Source of the DNA: an uncultured delta proteobacterium
GTDB taxonomy: Bacteria > Myxococcota > Myxococcia > Myxococcales > Myxococcaceae
DNA length: 64,000 nt
Direction: 5' to 3'
NCBI GenBank assembly: GCA_963713045.1
Contig: CAVQKE010000003.1
Location: 384,001 to 448,000, forward strand
Positions 10,014-18,771 of this stretch are shown here, piece by piece; positions within the stretch are counted from its first letter, which is position 1, and every line of letters starts with the position of its first letter. Both the position numbers and the translations under genes were made by a program. The notes under the pieces are model-generated. The model was given only the letters and a program-made list of their open reading frames with translations. It was not told the DNA's origin and did no database searches.

Positions 10014-11573
10014 ATGCCCCCTCGCTTCGGTCGTGCTGTCTACGGGCTGGCTCTCGTCTTCGGGGTGCTGCCCCTGTGGGCCGCGCGGCAGCTGCCGATG
10101 ACGGACCTCCCCCAGCACCTCGCGCTCATCTCGGCGCTGCACCGGCTGTCGGACCCCACCACCCTCTACCCGGTGGTCTTCGCCGCCCGCGGCGAGCTCA
10201 CCCCCTACCTCGGCTACTACCACCTGGTGTCCCTCCTCAACTGGCTGGTCCCATTGGAATTGGCCAACCGCTGCTTCCTCACCCTGGTGGTGGCCGGGCT
10301 CCCCCTCAGCACGGCCTTTCTGCTGCGCGCGCTGGGCCGTCCGCGCTGGCCGAGTCTGTTGGCTTTACCCTTCAGCTACGGGGACAGCTTCGGCTGGGGC
10401 TTCATCAACTACCTGGCGTCGCTTCCGCTGGCGCTGTTGGCCTGCGGCTGCTTCCTCCGGGCCCTGGAAGACTCTCCGCAACGCCGCCGGTGGGCCCTGG
10501 CCCAGGCGGCGGTGTTGGTGGCCGCCCTCCTGATGCACGTGCAGGCCTTCGTCTTCCTCGCCCTGGCACTGCCCTGGCTGCTGCTCACCACCCCCGTCCA
10601 AGGAGGCTTGCGCGCCCGGCTGCCGGCGATGCTCAGCGTCTTGCCTGCGGTGGCCCTCTTCGCCGTCTGGGGCGCGGGCCGGCTTTTAGCCCCGGCGGAG
10701 GTTGCCGAAGGGGCGCCGTGGAAGGCCTGGGGGCCGCTCTTCTCGGAGAAAAACCTGGCCTTCAAACCGTTCGCCCAAAACCTGGCTGAGTTGCCCCAGG
10801 TCCTCGCCAACCAGCTGCGCGATGGCTCCGACCGCTGGGCCCTGTTGGCGGTGGCCGTGGTGTGGGGGTCCGCCACCCTGGCGGCCCTCTCCGGAGCGCG
10901 GGGCACGACGCGCGAGCAGGGCATCGCCCGGCTGCGGGTCCTCGGCCTGGGCCTTCTTGCCTTGGGCCTCTACTTCACCCTGCCCTTCGACATTCGCGGC
11001 GCCATCTACTACCTCAACACGCGCTACGCCCACCTCGCCGCGGCGCTGGTGGCCGCCTCGGTTCCCCCGCTGGCGCGCCCGCTGCGGCCGCTCTTCCTCG
11101 GGCTTGGTGCCGCGGTGGCCCTCCTGTTGGCCATCCCGCTGGTGGGCGCCTTCCGGGCCTTCGACAGTGAGGCCGCCCCGCTGTTGCGCTTCGCCGCGCT
11201 GACGCCCCCCAAGCCTGCCGTCATGGGCCTCATCTTCAACTGGGGCTCGCGGGTGGTTAGCCACCCCGTGTTTCTGCATGCCGCCAGCGTCCCGGCGCGC
11301 TTGACGGGCGGCATCACCAACTTCAGCTTCGCCCTCACCCCGCATTCTCCGCTGCGCTACCGCGGCCCGCCGCCGCCCAGCTTCCCTTCGGAATGGCACC
11401 CGGAAGGCTTTCGCTGGGAAGGCATGGGCGAGGCCTACAGCCACTTCCTTGTGCGCGGCGTCGCGCCGGAGCGTGTCTTTGGAAGTCACCTCGGCAAGGA
11501 CGTCCACGTCGTCGCCCAGGAAGGCGGCATGTGGTGGCTCCAGCGCGGGCCCACCACCGCTGGGGCGCCATGA
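10014..11573 (+). CDS. Polytopic membrane protein (possibly GT-C-like)
   Basis: About 10-11 hydrophobic segments, DLPQH in the first loop, soluble C-terminal domain. ATGA overlap with the next gene. Confidence 0.7.
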   Translation: MPPRFGRAVYGLALVFGVLPLWAARQLPMTDLPQHLALISALHRLSDPTTLYPVVFAARGELTPYLGYYHLVSLLNWLVPLELANRCFLTLVVAGLPLSTAFLLRALGRPRWPSLLALPFSYGDSFGWGFINYLASLPLALLACGCFLRALEDSPQRRRWALAQAAVLVAALLMHVQAFVFLALALPWLLLTTPVQGGLRARLPAMLSVLPAVALFAVWGAGRLLAPAEVAEGAPWKAWGPLFSEKNLAFKPFAQNLAELPQVLANQLRDGSDRWALLAVAVVWGSATLAALSGARGTTREQGIARLRVLGLGLLALGLYFTLPFDIRGAIYYLNTRYAHLAAALVAASVPPLARPLRPLFLGLGAAVALLLAIPLVGAFRAFDSEAAPLLRFAALTPPKPAVMGLIFNWGSRVVSHPVFLHAASVPARLTGGITNFSFALTPHSPLRYRGPPPPSFPSEWHPEGFRWEGMGEAYSHFLVRGVAPERVFGSHLGKDVHVVAQEGGMWWLQRGPTTAGAP

Positions 11574-12727
11574 AGCCGGTTTCCCTGGCACAGGCCCTCC
11601 GCGCCTCCGCCACCCCTCCGGAAGGCCAGGACAGTCAGGCCTGGTCGACGGCCCGCGCGGTGTTGCACCAGGAAGCTGCGCCGGAATTGGCCGAGGCGCT
11701 TCCTCAGGCCCTTCTTCTGGCGCTGCTGGACGCGCTGGTGGAAGAGCGCCGGGCCGGCCCGGTGGACGCACTGGCAGTAAGCGCCGCCAAGCCCGTGGCC
11801 AAGGCCGCCCGGCGGGCCCAGTACCGGCTGCGCTCGGCCGGCGTGGCCACCCGCAGCCCGGTGTCCCGGGCACCGGCGGCCGCCCCGGCGGAGGAGGCCA
11901 CACCACAGCTGCCCTCCCTGGTGTCGCCGCCGGACGGCTCCGGAGAAATGCTGCTGCTGGTGGCCCAGTCCATCAAAGGGGGCCTTTCCCTGTACGAAGT
12001 GGTGTTGTCGGATGAAGTCGGGCTTTTGGCTTACCGCGAGCTGGAAGCCAGCCGAAGCGCCTGGCGGCGCACGCTGCGGGAGGCGACCGGGCAGCCGCTT
12101 CGAGAGATTTCCCTGGAGGAGGCCCGGCGGCTTCTGTCCGAGGCCCTCCGCTGCAACCTGGCCACCCATTCGCCCATGCCCAAGGGCGCCGACGGGATGC
12201 TGCGCCGGCTACAGGTGGTGCCGGCCACCACCCCGCTGCCGCCGCTGCCCTCGGTGGAGCCGGGCGACGCCACGCTGGCGCTGGAGGGGGCGCGCCTGCA
12301 TGAGGAGCCCGAGCTGCGCGGTTGGCTGCCCCCAGAGGGGGAACTGAAGCTTTTGGCGGCGCGGGTCCAGGAGGTGCAGTCGAGCCCGCTGGCCCTTTCC
12401 GAGGCGCAGCGGACGGTGCAGCTGGATGAGCGGGTGCGCGCCATGGCCGAAGCCTTCTTCACGCCGGAGCGCTCGCAGCTGTACGCCCGCCGCCTGTGGC
12501 TTCTGGCGGACGTCTTCGAAAGGACCGGCCGGCGCCACCCAGCCGAGGTGGCCCGCGCCGAGGCCCGGCGACTCTTCCACCACGGTAGCGGCCTCTTCTC
12601 CCGCTTCGCCGAGTCCTTGTACGCGAAGCTGCTGCCCCCGGCTGGGGAGGGCACCGGGACAGCCGCCACCCCGGCGACGCCCGGCCCCAAGGAGCGGCGC
12701 ACCAAGGGCGGACTCATCCTTCCCTAG
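11570..12727 (+). CDS. Hypothetical protein
   Basis: ATG at 11570 overlaps the upstream TGA; coding-like GC3 pattern; C-terminal GGLILP tail. Confidence 0.7.
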   Translation: MKPVSLAQALRASATPPEGQDSQAWSTARAVLHQEAAPELAEALPQALLLALLDALVEERRAGPVDALAVSAAKPVAKAARRAQYRLRSAGVATRSPVSRAPAAAPAEEATPQLPSLVSPPDGSGEMLLLVAQSIKGGLSLYEVVLSDEVGLLAYRELEASRSAWRRTLREATGQPLREISLEEARRLLSEALRCNLATHSPMPKGADGMLRRLQVVPATTPLPPLPSVEPGDATLALEGARLHEEPELRGWLPPEGELKLLAARVQEVQSSPLALSEAQRTVQLDERVRAMAEAFFTPERSQLYARRLWLLADVFERTGRRHPAEVARAEARRLFHHGSGLFSRFAESLYAKLLPPAGEGTGTAATPATPGPKERRTKGGLILP

Positions 12728-12805
12728 CAGCGTCGGGGCTGTCGGGCATTTTCCGGGGTGGACGGCCGGGGCCGCGCAGAGCTAACCAGGGCCAGCCTCT
12801 GGCCC

Positions 12806-13618
12806 ATGTACGCGCCCTTCTTCCACGGGCTTCGCCCCACGCTGCACATCGCACACCGCGGCGGGGCGGCGCTTGCTCCGGAAAACACCGAGGCCGCCTT
12901 TCGGGCGGCGGTGGAGCGCTGGCGCACGGACATGTTGGAACTGGACGTGCACCTCACCGCCGACGGCGCGTTGGTGGTGGCCCATGACGACACCCTGGAG
13001 CGATGCACCAACGGCGAGGGCCGCATCGCGGACTCCACCCTCGGGCAACTGCAGCGCCTGGATGCCGGCTACCGCTTCACGCCAGACGGGGGCCACACCT
13101 TCCCCTTTCGAGGCCAGGGCGTGCGCATGCCCTCCCTGCGCGAGGTGCTGCTGGCCTACCCAGGCCTGCCCCTCAACGTCGAGCTGAAGCAGGCGACGCC
13201 CGGCGCCGCCGAGGCGCTGGCCAAGGAAGTGAGGGGGATGGGCGCTGGCCCGCGCGTCTGCATCGGCAGCGAACTGGAGGCGCTCAGCCAGGTGCTGGTG
13301 ACTCTCCTCCCGGAGGTCACGCACTTCTACCCGGGCGCGGCGCTCCAACGGGCGGTGTTGGCCGTCAAGTCCGGAGAGCCGCTGGCCGATGACGGCCCCT
13401 ACGGCGTCCTGGACATGCCCTACCGCTACGCGGACACCGTCCTGGTGGACGCAGATTTCCTCGCGGCCACCGGCCGGGCCGGCAAGTGGGTCAACGTCTG
13501 GACGGTGGACGCCGAGGAGGACATGCGCACGCTGGTCGGGTTGCGGGTGGGCGGCATCATGACAGACCGGCCGGACAGGCTTCGCGCCGTCCTCGACGCC
13601 GCCCAGGAGAGCCACTAG
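12806..13618 (+). CDS. Glycerophosphodiester phosphodiesterase
   Basis: IAHRGG..APENT..AF, ELDVH, HD, NVELK, VWTVD, IMTDRP. Confidence 0.93.
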   Translation: MYAPFFHGLRPTLHIAHRGGAALAPENTEAAFRAAVERWRTDMLELDVHLTADGALVVAHDDTLERCTNGEGRIADSTLGQLQRLDAGYRFTPDGGHTFPFRGQGVRMPSLREVLLAYPGLPLNVELKQATPGAAEALAKEVRGMGAGPRVCIGSELEALSQVLVTLLPEVTHFYPGAALQRAVLAVKSGEPLADDGPYGVLDMPYRYADTVLVDADFLAATGRAGKWVNVWTVDAEEDMRTLVGLRVGGIMTDRPDRLRAVLDAAQESH

Positions 13619-13623
13619 CCCCC

Positions 13624-14139
13624 ATGCTTGCGCCCAAGTCACCCGGGGAGAGTGAGGCGGTGATGACGCAAGTCATCCTCCCCTCGGACGCCAACCCCCT
13701 CAGCGCAGCCTTCGGTGGCCGCATCATGGAGTGGATAGACATCTGCGCCGGCGTGGCAGCCGGGCGCCACTGCCGGCATGCCGTGGTGACGGCCTCCATG
13801 GACGACTTGCACTTCCACACCCCCATTCACGTCGGCTGGGTGGTGACGCTGCGGGCCCGGGTGCTGGCCGCCTTCCGCACCTCGATGGAGGTGGGCGTCA
13901 CAGTCCACGCCGAGGACATTCTCAGCGGGGCCCAACACCTCACCACCAGCGCACTGTTGACGTTCGTCGCCCTCAATCCGGATGGCAGCAAAGCCCTCGT
14001 CCCCCCGCTGCTGCTGGAAACCGAGGAGGACCGCACGGCCAGTGCCGGTGCGCAGGAGCGGCGCAAAGCGCGCCTCAAACGCAAGGAGGCCGGGGGCAGC
14101 TGGCAGGCCGCGCTGCGCGGCAGCCACGACGGAGGCTGA
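13624..14139 (+). CDS. Acyl-CoA thioesterase (hotdog fold, YciA-like)
   Basis: DANP..AFGGRIMEWID, VVTASMD, RTSMEVGV. Confidence 0.92.
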   Translation: MLAPKSPGESEAVMTQVILPSDANPLSAAFGGRIMEWIDICAGVAAGRHCRHAVVTASMDDLHFHTPIHVGWVVTLRARVLAAFRTSMEVGVTVHAEDILSGAQHLTTSALLTFVALNPDGSKALVPPLLLETEEDRTASAGAQERRKARLKRKEAGGSWQAALRGSHDGG

Positions 14140-14155
14140 GTCCCGGGGGGGGACG

Positions 14156-14536
14156 TCAGGTCGAGAAGGAGGTTCCGCAGCCGCAGGTGGACTTGGCGTT
14201 GGGGTTACTGAATTTGAAGCCAGCGCCGGTGGAGCCCACCACGTAGTCCACCTCGGTGCCGGCGAGGTAGGTGTTGCTGAGGGCGTCCGTCACCAGCTTC
14301 ACGCCGTCCTGCTCGCCCGTCAGCTCGCCAGGCTGGACGTCCTTCACCAGATTCAAGTCGTAGCCGAAACCACTGCAACCGGACGGGACGACGCGGACCG
14401 ACAGGTAGTAGCCGTCGAAGTTTTGCTGCTTCTGGACTGCCTTCACCTGCTCCACCGCCCGCGCCGTCAGGCGCAAGGGGAAGGCGCTGCCCTGGGTGGA
14501 AACGGGCGCCGGTGTGGGAGTGCTTTGAATGTCCAT
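14156..14536 (-). CDS. HesB/IscA-family Fe-S cluster assembly accessory protein
   Basis: GCSGFGY and NPNAKSTCGCGTSF. Confidence 0.95.
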   Translation of the reverse strand: MDIQSTPTPAPVSTQGSAFPLRLTARAVEQVKAVQKQQNFDGYYLSVRVVPSGCSGFGYDLNLVKDVQPGELTGEQDGVKLVTDALSNTYLAGTEVDYVVGSTGAGFKFSNPNAKSTCGCGTSFST

Positions 14537-14629
14537 ACCCCAACCATATAGCGGCCAGGGCCGACCGAGTCCACGCCAAGGGCCAGCGCAGCGGGGCCGG
14601 GGCGGAAGCTGCCTGGACGTCCTGCCCCG

Positions 14630-15412
14630 CTAGAGGCTTCGGGCCCCCCGCAGTCGGCCACCGTCCACCGCCACCACCTGCCCGGTAATGAAGTCCGGCC
14701 CCGTCACGAGGAAGCGCACCGTCTCCGCCACGTCCTCCGGCCGCCCAAACCGCTGAAGCGGGATGCGCTGGCGCAGCGTCTCGCGCTCAGCAGCCCCCAT
14801 CGCCTCCGGCGGCAGCACTGTCCCGGGCGCCACGGCATTCACCCGCACCGCCGGCGCCAATTCCAGCGCCAGCACCTGTGTCAGCATGGCCAGCGCCGCC
14901 TTGGACATGCAGTAGGCGGCATAGCCGGCCCAGGGGACGACGCCACCGCCAATGTCCAGGACGTTGAGAATGTCCCCCTGCCCTCGGGCCAACATGCCCT
15001 TGGCAACCGCGCGCGTCAGGCGGAATGGCGCCCGGGCGTTGAGGCGCCACAGGCTGTCGAGGAGGGCGTCCTCCGTCTGAAGGAAGTCCGCCCGCTGAAA
15101 CAGCGCCGCGCTATTCACCAGCACCGACACCTCCCCCAGCTGGCGCTCCACCCTGGGGAGCAGTCCGTCGAGGGAGGCGTCGTCTTGGAGGTCCGCACCG
15201 AAGGCCTCTGCCCGGTGCCCCTGCGCCCGCAGCGCAGCAACCAAGGCCACCGCCTCATCTTCCGAGTCGTGGTAGTGCAGGGCGACGCTGGCGCCGGCGT
15301 CGGCCAGACCCTCGGCGATGGCGCGGCCAAGCCGGATGGCCGCCCCCGTCACCAGAGCGACCCGCCCATCCAACCTGCGCTCCACAGCGGCCACACCTCG
15401 CCCCTTCCCCAC
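14630..15412 (-). CDS. SDR oxidoreductase, pteridine reductase/FolM-like
   Basis: TGAAIRLG cofactor motif, VALHY, NSA, YCMSK (YxxxK), VRVNAVAPG. The true start may be GTG at 15385. Confidence 0.88.
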   Translation of the reverse strand: MGKGRGVAAVERRLDGRVALVTGAAIRLGRAIAEGLADAGASVALHYHDSEDEAVALVAALRAQGHRAEAFGADLQDDASLDGLLPRVERQLGEVSVLVNSAALFQRADFLQTEDALLDSLWRLNARAPFRLTRAVAKGMLARGQGDILNVLDIGGGVVPWAGYAAYCMSKAALAMLTQVLALELAPAVRVNAVAPGTVLPPEAMGAAERETLRQRIPLQRFGRPEDVAETVRFLVTGPDFITGQVVAVDGGRLRGARSL

Positions 15413-15474
15413 AGGGGGGGCCTGCCCCTCTGCGGCGGCCCCTCAAAAGCCTGTTATACCCAAGCCCTTCGGCC

Positions 15475-16644
15475 ATGCCCTCGTACCGTGAGCTACTGGC
15501 CCGCGCCCGGGCCGAGACGCCCGAAATTTCGGTGGAGTCGCTGCGCACCCTTCTGGCCAGCGAAAGCGGCGTGACGCTGCTCGACGTCCGCGACGCCGAC
15601 GAATCCGCCGAGGGCCACATTCCCGGCGCGCTGCTGCTTCCCCGCGCCTGGCTGGAGCTTCGGGTGGAGGCGCTTGTGCCGCGCGACGCTCCGCTGGTGG
15701 TGTACTGCCAAAGTGGTGACCGCTCCGCCCTGGCCGCCCGCAGTCTGGCGGCCCTGGGCTACACCAACGTACGCAATCTGGCCGGGGGTTTCGGCCGGTG
15801 GAGCGACGCCGGTCTGCCCTCGGAAAGGCCCAAGGTGCTGCGCCCAGACCAGCGGGCCCGCTACCGCCGCCACCTGACGCTTCAGGAAGTCGGCGAGGCG
15901 GGGCAGGCGAAGCTTTTGGCAGGGCGAGTCCTCATTCTCGGAGCCGGCGGCCTGGGCTCGCCGGCGGCGCTTTACCTGGCCGCTGCCGGCGTGGGCACCT
16001 TGGGCATTGTCGACTCGGACCTGGTCGAGGCCAGCAACCTGCAGCGCCAAGTGCTGCACACCGTCCAGCGCACCGGCCGGCCGAAGACGGAGAGTGCCCG
16101 GGAGGCCCTGGAGGCCCTCAACCCGGACGTGCGGGTGGTGTGCTTCCAGGAGCGGTTGAGCGCGGCCAATGCCGAGCGCATTTTGGAAGACTTCGACGTG
16201 GTGCTGGACGGCGGGGACAATTTCCCGACGCGCTACCTCCTCAACGACGCCTGCGTCCTCCTCCGCAAGCCGCTGGTCCACGGCAGCGTCTTTCGCTTCG
16301 AAGGGCAAGTCACCACCGTGCTTCCTGGCCAGGGGCCGTGCTACCGGTGCCTCTACCCAACGCCTCCGCCGGCTGAATTGGCACCTTCCTGTGCAGAGGC
16401 GGGCGTCCTCGGCGTTCTTCCCGGCGTCATCGGGCTGCTTCAGGCCACCGAAGCGCTGAAGCTGCTGTTGGGGGTGGGAGCTCCCCTGGTGGGGCGGCTC
16501 CTCACCTACGACGCCTTGGCGGGCCACTTCGGGGAGCTTCAGCTGCGGCGCGACAGCGCCTGCCGCAGCTGCGGCGAGGGGGCGCGGCCCCACCTCGAAG
16601 ACACACCGGACGCGTGTGCGCCAACTCCCCATGCCCGTGCGTGA
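15475..16644 (+). CDS. moeB: Rhodanese-ThiF fusion, molybdopterin-synthase adenylyltransferase MoeB
   Basis: N-terminal rhodanese (CQSGDRS), then RYRRH, GAGGLGSP, SNLQRQ, GPCYRC, CAEAGVLG. Confidence 0.92.
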   Translation: MPSYRELLARARAETPEISVESLRTLLASESGVTLLDVRDADESAEGHIPGALLLPRAWLELRVEALVPRDAPLVVYCQSGDRSALAARSLAALGYTNVRNLAGGFGRWSDAGLPSERPKVLRPDQRARYRRHLTLQEVGEAGQAKLLAGRVLILGAGGLGSPAALYLAAAGVGTLGIVDSDLVEASNLQRQVLHTVQRTGRPKTESAREALEALNPDVRVVCFQERLSAANAERILEDFDVVLDGGDNFPTRYLLNDACVLLRKPLVHGSVFRFEGQVTTVLPGQGPCYRCLYPTPPPAELAPSCAEAGVLGVLPGVIGLLQATEALKLLLGVGAPLVGRLLTYDALAGHFGELQLRRDSACRSCGEGARPHLEDTPDACAPTPHARA

Positions 16645-16960
16645 AATTGCGCCTCAGGCGCTGAAGGCGAAGCTTGCGCGCCAGGGCGAGCCCCTGGTGC
16701 TGCTGGACGTGCGGACGCCGCAGGAGCACGCGCTGGTGGCGCTGGCCGACTCGGTCCTCATCCCCCTTCAGGAATTCCATCAGCGCCTCGCGGAGCTCGA
16801 CGCCCTCAAGGGCAAGCAGGTGGTGGCGTACTGCCACACCGGGGTGCGCAGCTTCCACGCCGCAGCGTTTCTCGCCTCGCGCGGCATCGACGCCACCTCG
16901 CTGGCGGGAGGCATTGACCTCTACGCAGCGGAAGTCGACCCGCGCTTGCCGCGGTACTGA
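16631..16960 (+). CDS. Stand-alone rhodanese-domain sulfurtransferase
   Basis: LLDVR, YCHTGVRS, LAGGID; overlaps the end of moeB. Confidence 0.9.
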   Translation: MPVREIAPQALKAKLARQGEPLVLLDVRTPQEHALVALADSVLIPLQEFHQRLAELDALKGKQVVAYCHTGVRSFHAAAFLASRGIDATSLAGGIDLYAAEVDPRLPRY

Positions 16961-16971
16961 AGGGGCATGCG

Positions 16972-18024
16972 TTGCAGTCGCCTGTGCTGCGCGTGACAAG
17001 GCTGACCCCAACCGACTGGCCAGTCCTCAAAGCCACCCGTCTGGCCGCCCTGCGGGAGGCGCCCCACGCTTTCACCTCGCGGTATGACGTCGAGGTCGCC
17101 AAGCCGGACGCAGCCTGGCAGCAGATGGCGGCCGCCAACGCCTCCGACGAGACGAGCGCCGGCTTTCTCGCCTACGAGGGAGTCAACCCGGTCGGCCTTC
17201 TGGCTGCCGTCTGGCAGGACAAGGCGCAGGGGTTGGTGCGGCTGGTGTCGCTGTGGGTGTCGCCCGCCAGCCGCCACCAGGGGGTGGCCTCTCAACTGGT
17301 TGAGAACGCCTTGGGCTGGGCCCGCGCTGTCGGCGCGCTCGCCGGCGAGGCGGAGGTGACGGAAGAGAACCACCCAGCGGAAGTCTTCTATTGGCGGCGG
17401 GGCTTTCGGCGGGTGCCTGCGTCCAGGAAGGGCATCTCGCGCTGGCTGAGGAACGTGGGCGAAGCCCAGGTGCCGGCTTGGCCGGGCGAGGACGAGGCAG
17501 TGCGTCTCGTCGAGAGCGACCCCGGTTGGCCCGCCAAATTCGAGGACGAGCGCCGGCGACTCACCCCTGCGCTTTCCCCCTGGCTGGTGGGGACAGTGGA
17601 GCACGTCGGCAGCACGTCCGTTCCGGGCCTGCTGGCCAAGCCCATCGTGGACGTGGCGGCGCGCGTCTTCAGCCTGGAGGCTTCCTGCGCGGCCATCCCC
17701 GTGCTGGAAGGGCTGGGCTACCTGTACGCCCCCTACCGGGCGCGCCAGCACTGGTTCTGTAAGCCATCGCCCGCGCACCGGGAATTTCACCTCACCCTTC
17801 TGGAGCGCAGCGACGCCGAATGGGCGCGGCGGCTGGCCTTCCGCAACCTCTTGCGGGCCGACGCAGCGGTGGCCCGCGCCTACACCGAGGTGAAACAGGA
17901 CGCGGCGCGCCAATACGCCACCGACCGCGAGGCCTACACCCAGGCCAAGTCCCGCTTCGTCGACGCCGTCAGCGAGGAGGCACTTGGCTTGGGCTACTTC
18001 CAAGCGGAGACCAGCGGCGCCTGA
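16972..18024 (+). CDS. GNAT acetyltransferase fused to a GrpB/UPF0157 nucleotidyltransferase-fold domain
   Basis: N-half has LWVSPASRHQGVA (acetyl-CoA motif A). C-half has EHVGSTSVPGLLAKPIVDV, FRNLLR and Y..AK. Confidence 0.85.
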   Translation: MQSPVLRVTRLTPTDWPVLKATRLAALREAPHAFTSRYDVEVAKPDAAWQQMAAANASDETSAGFLAYEGVNPVGLLAAVWQDKAQGLVRLVSLWVSPASRHQGVASQLVENALGWARAVGALAGEAEVTEENHPAEVFYWRRGFRRVPASRKGISRWLRNVGEAQVPAWPGEDEAVRLVESDPGWPAKFEDERRRLTPALSPWLVGTVEHVGSTSVPGLLAKPIVDVAARVFSLEASCAAIPVLEGLGYLYAPYRARQHWFCKPSPAHREFHLTLLERSDAEWARRLAFRNLLRADAAVARAYTEVKQDAARQYATDREAYTQAKSRFVDAVSEEALGLGYFQAETSGA

Positions 18025-18061
18025 AGCCTCCCCGTGCCCTGGGCGGGGCCGATGGGCGACT

Positions 18062-18532
18062 TCAAACGCGCATCAGGTAGACCGGCGGCGGCACACCGGG
18101 CTGAAAGCCGCAGGCGCGGTAGAAGGCGACGGCGCCGGGGTTGTCGGCCAGCACCCACAGCTCCCGAAGGTGGTGGGCCTTCATCCACACTTCGAGGGCA
18201 TTCAGCAAGGCCCGGCCGACGCCCTGTCGTCGGCGGGCGGTGCGCACTCCAATTTCGTAGAGGAGGACTTCCAGCGGAGGACCGGCCCGCTTTCGCAAGA
18301 GACAGCACTGCAAATGCCCCACCACCTCGTCCTCGACTTGGGCGATGAAGTGCAGCAGCCCGTCGTCGGTGAGGTAGGCGCGCGCCGCGTCGTGTGCCAG
18401 TGGCGCCCGTGGTGCCCCGCGACCGGCGACGTCGAAGTCAGCATCCTCGCGCGCCAGCACCTCCAGAATGGCTTCGTCTGCCGCGCCGAGTCGCCGCACC
18501 GACAGCGCGCTGGGAGGTCGAGTCGGTTTCAC
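18062..18532 (-). CDS. GNAT-family N-acetyltransferase
   Basis: LYEIGVRTARRRQGVGRALL and N..AVAFY..CGF. Start approximate. Confidence 0.85.
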   Translation of the reverse strand: MKPTRPPSALSVRRLGAADEAILEVLAREDADFDVAGRGAPRAPLAHDAARAYLTDDGLLHFIAQVEDEVVGHLQCCLLRKRAGPPLEVLLYEIGVRTARRRQGVGRALLNALEVWMKAHHLRELWVLADNPGAVAFYRACGFQPGVPPPVYLMRV

Positions 18533-18771
18533 CGGTAGCCGGGGGCAGGGTTGGACGACTGGCTGGTGCCGTCGGCATGGACGCGGGTGCCGATGCGTCC
18601 ATTCCCGGTGCACCACCCCGGTCGGGTTTGTAGCGCCTCTTCCCCCGTGTCGTCGACCCCGGCTTTGCCCGCTGAGGTCCCGTTGGTTTCGGGCGCCTTG
18701 GGACAGCTGTGCTGCGGGCGAGCGTCCGCTGGCGCGGTCGCGCCACGGCGGCTACAAGTGCCGGTCCCCGC

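Noticed and set aside
14156..16960. iscA / SDR / moeB / rhodanese as a novel ubiquitin-like or RiPP system
   Set aside because: No adjacent Ubl, E2, JAMM or precursor peptide gene is present. It is best explained as ordinary Moco and sulfur-relay housekeeping.
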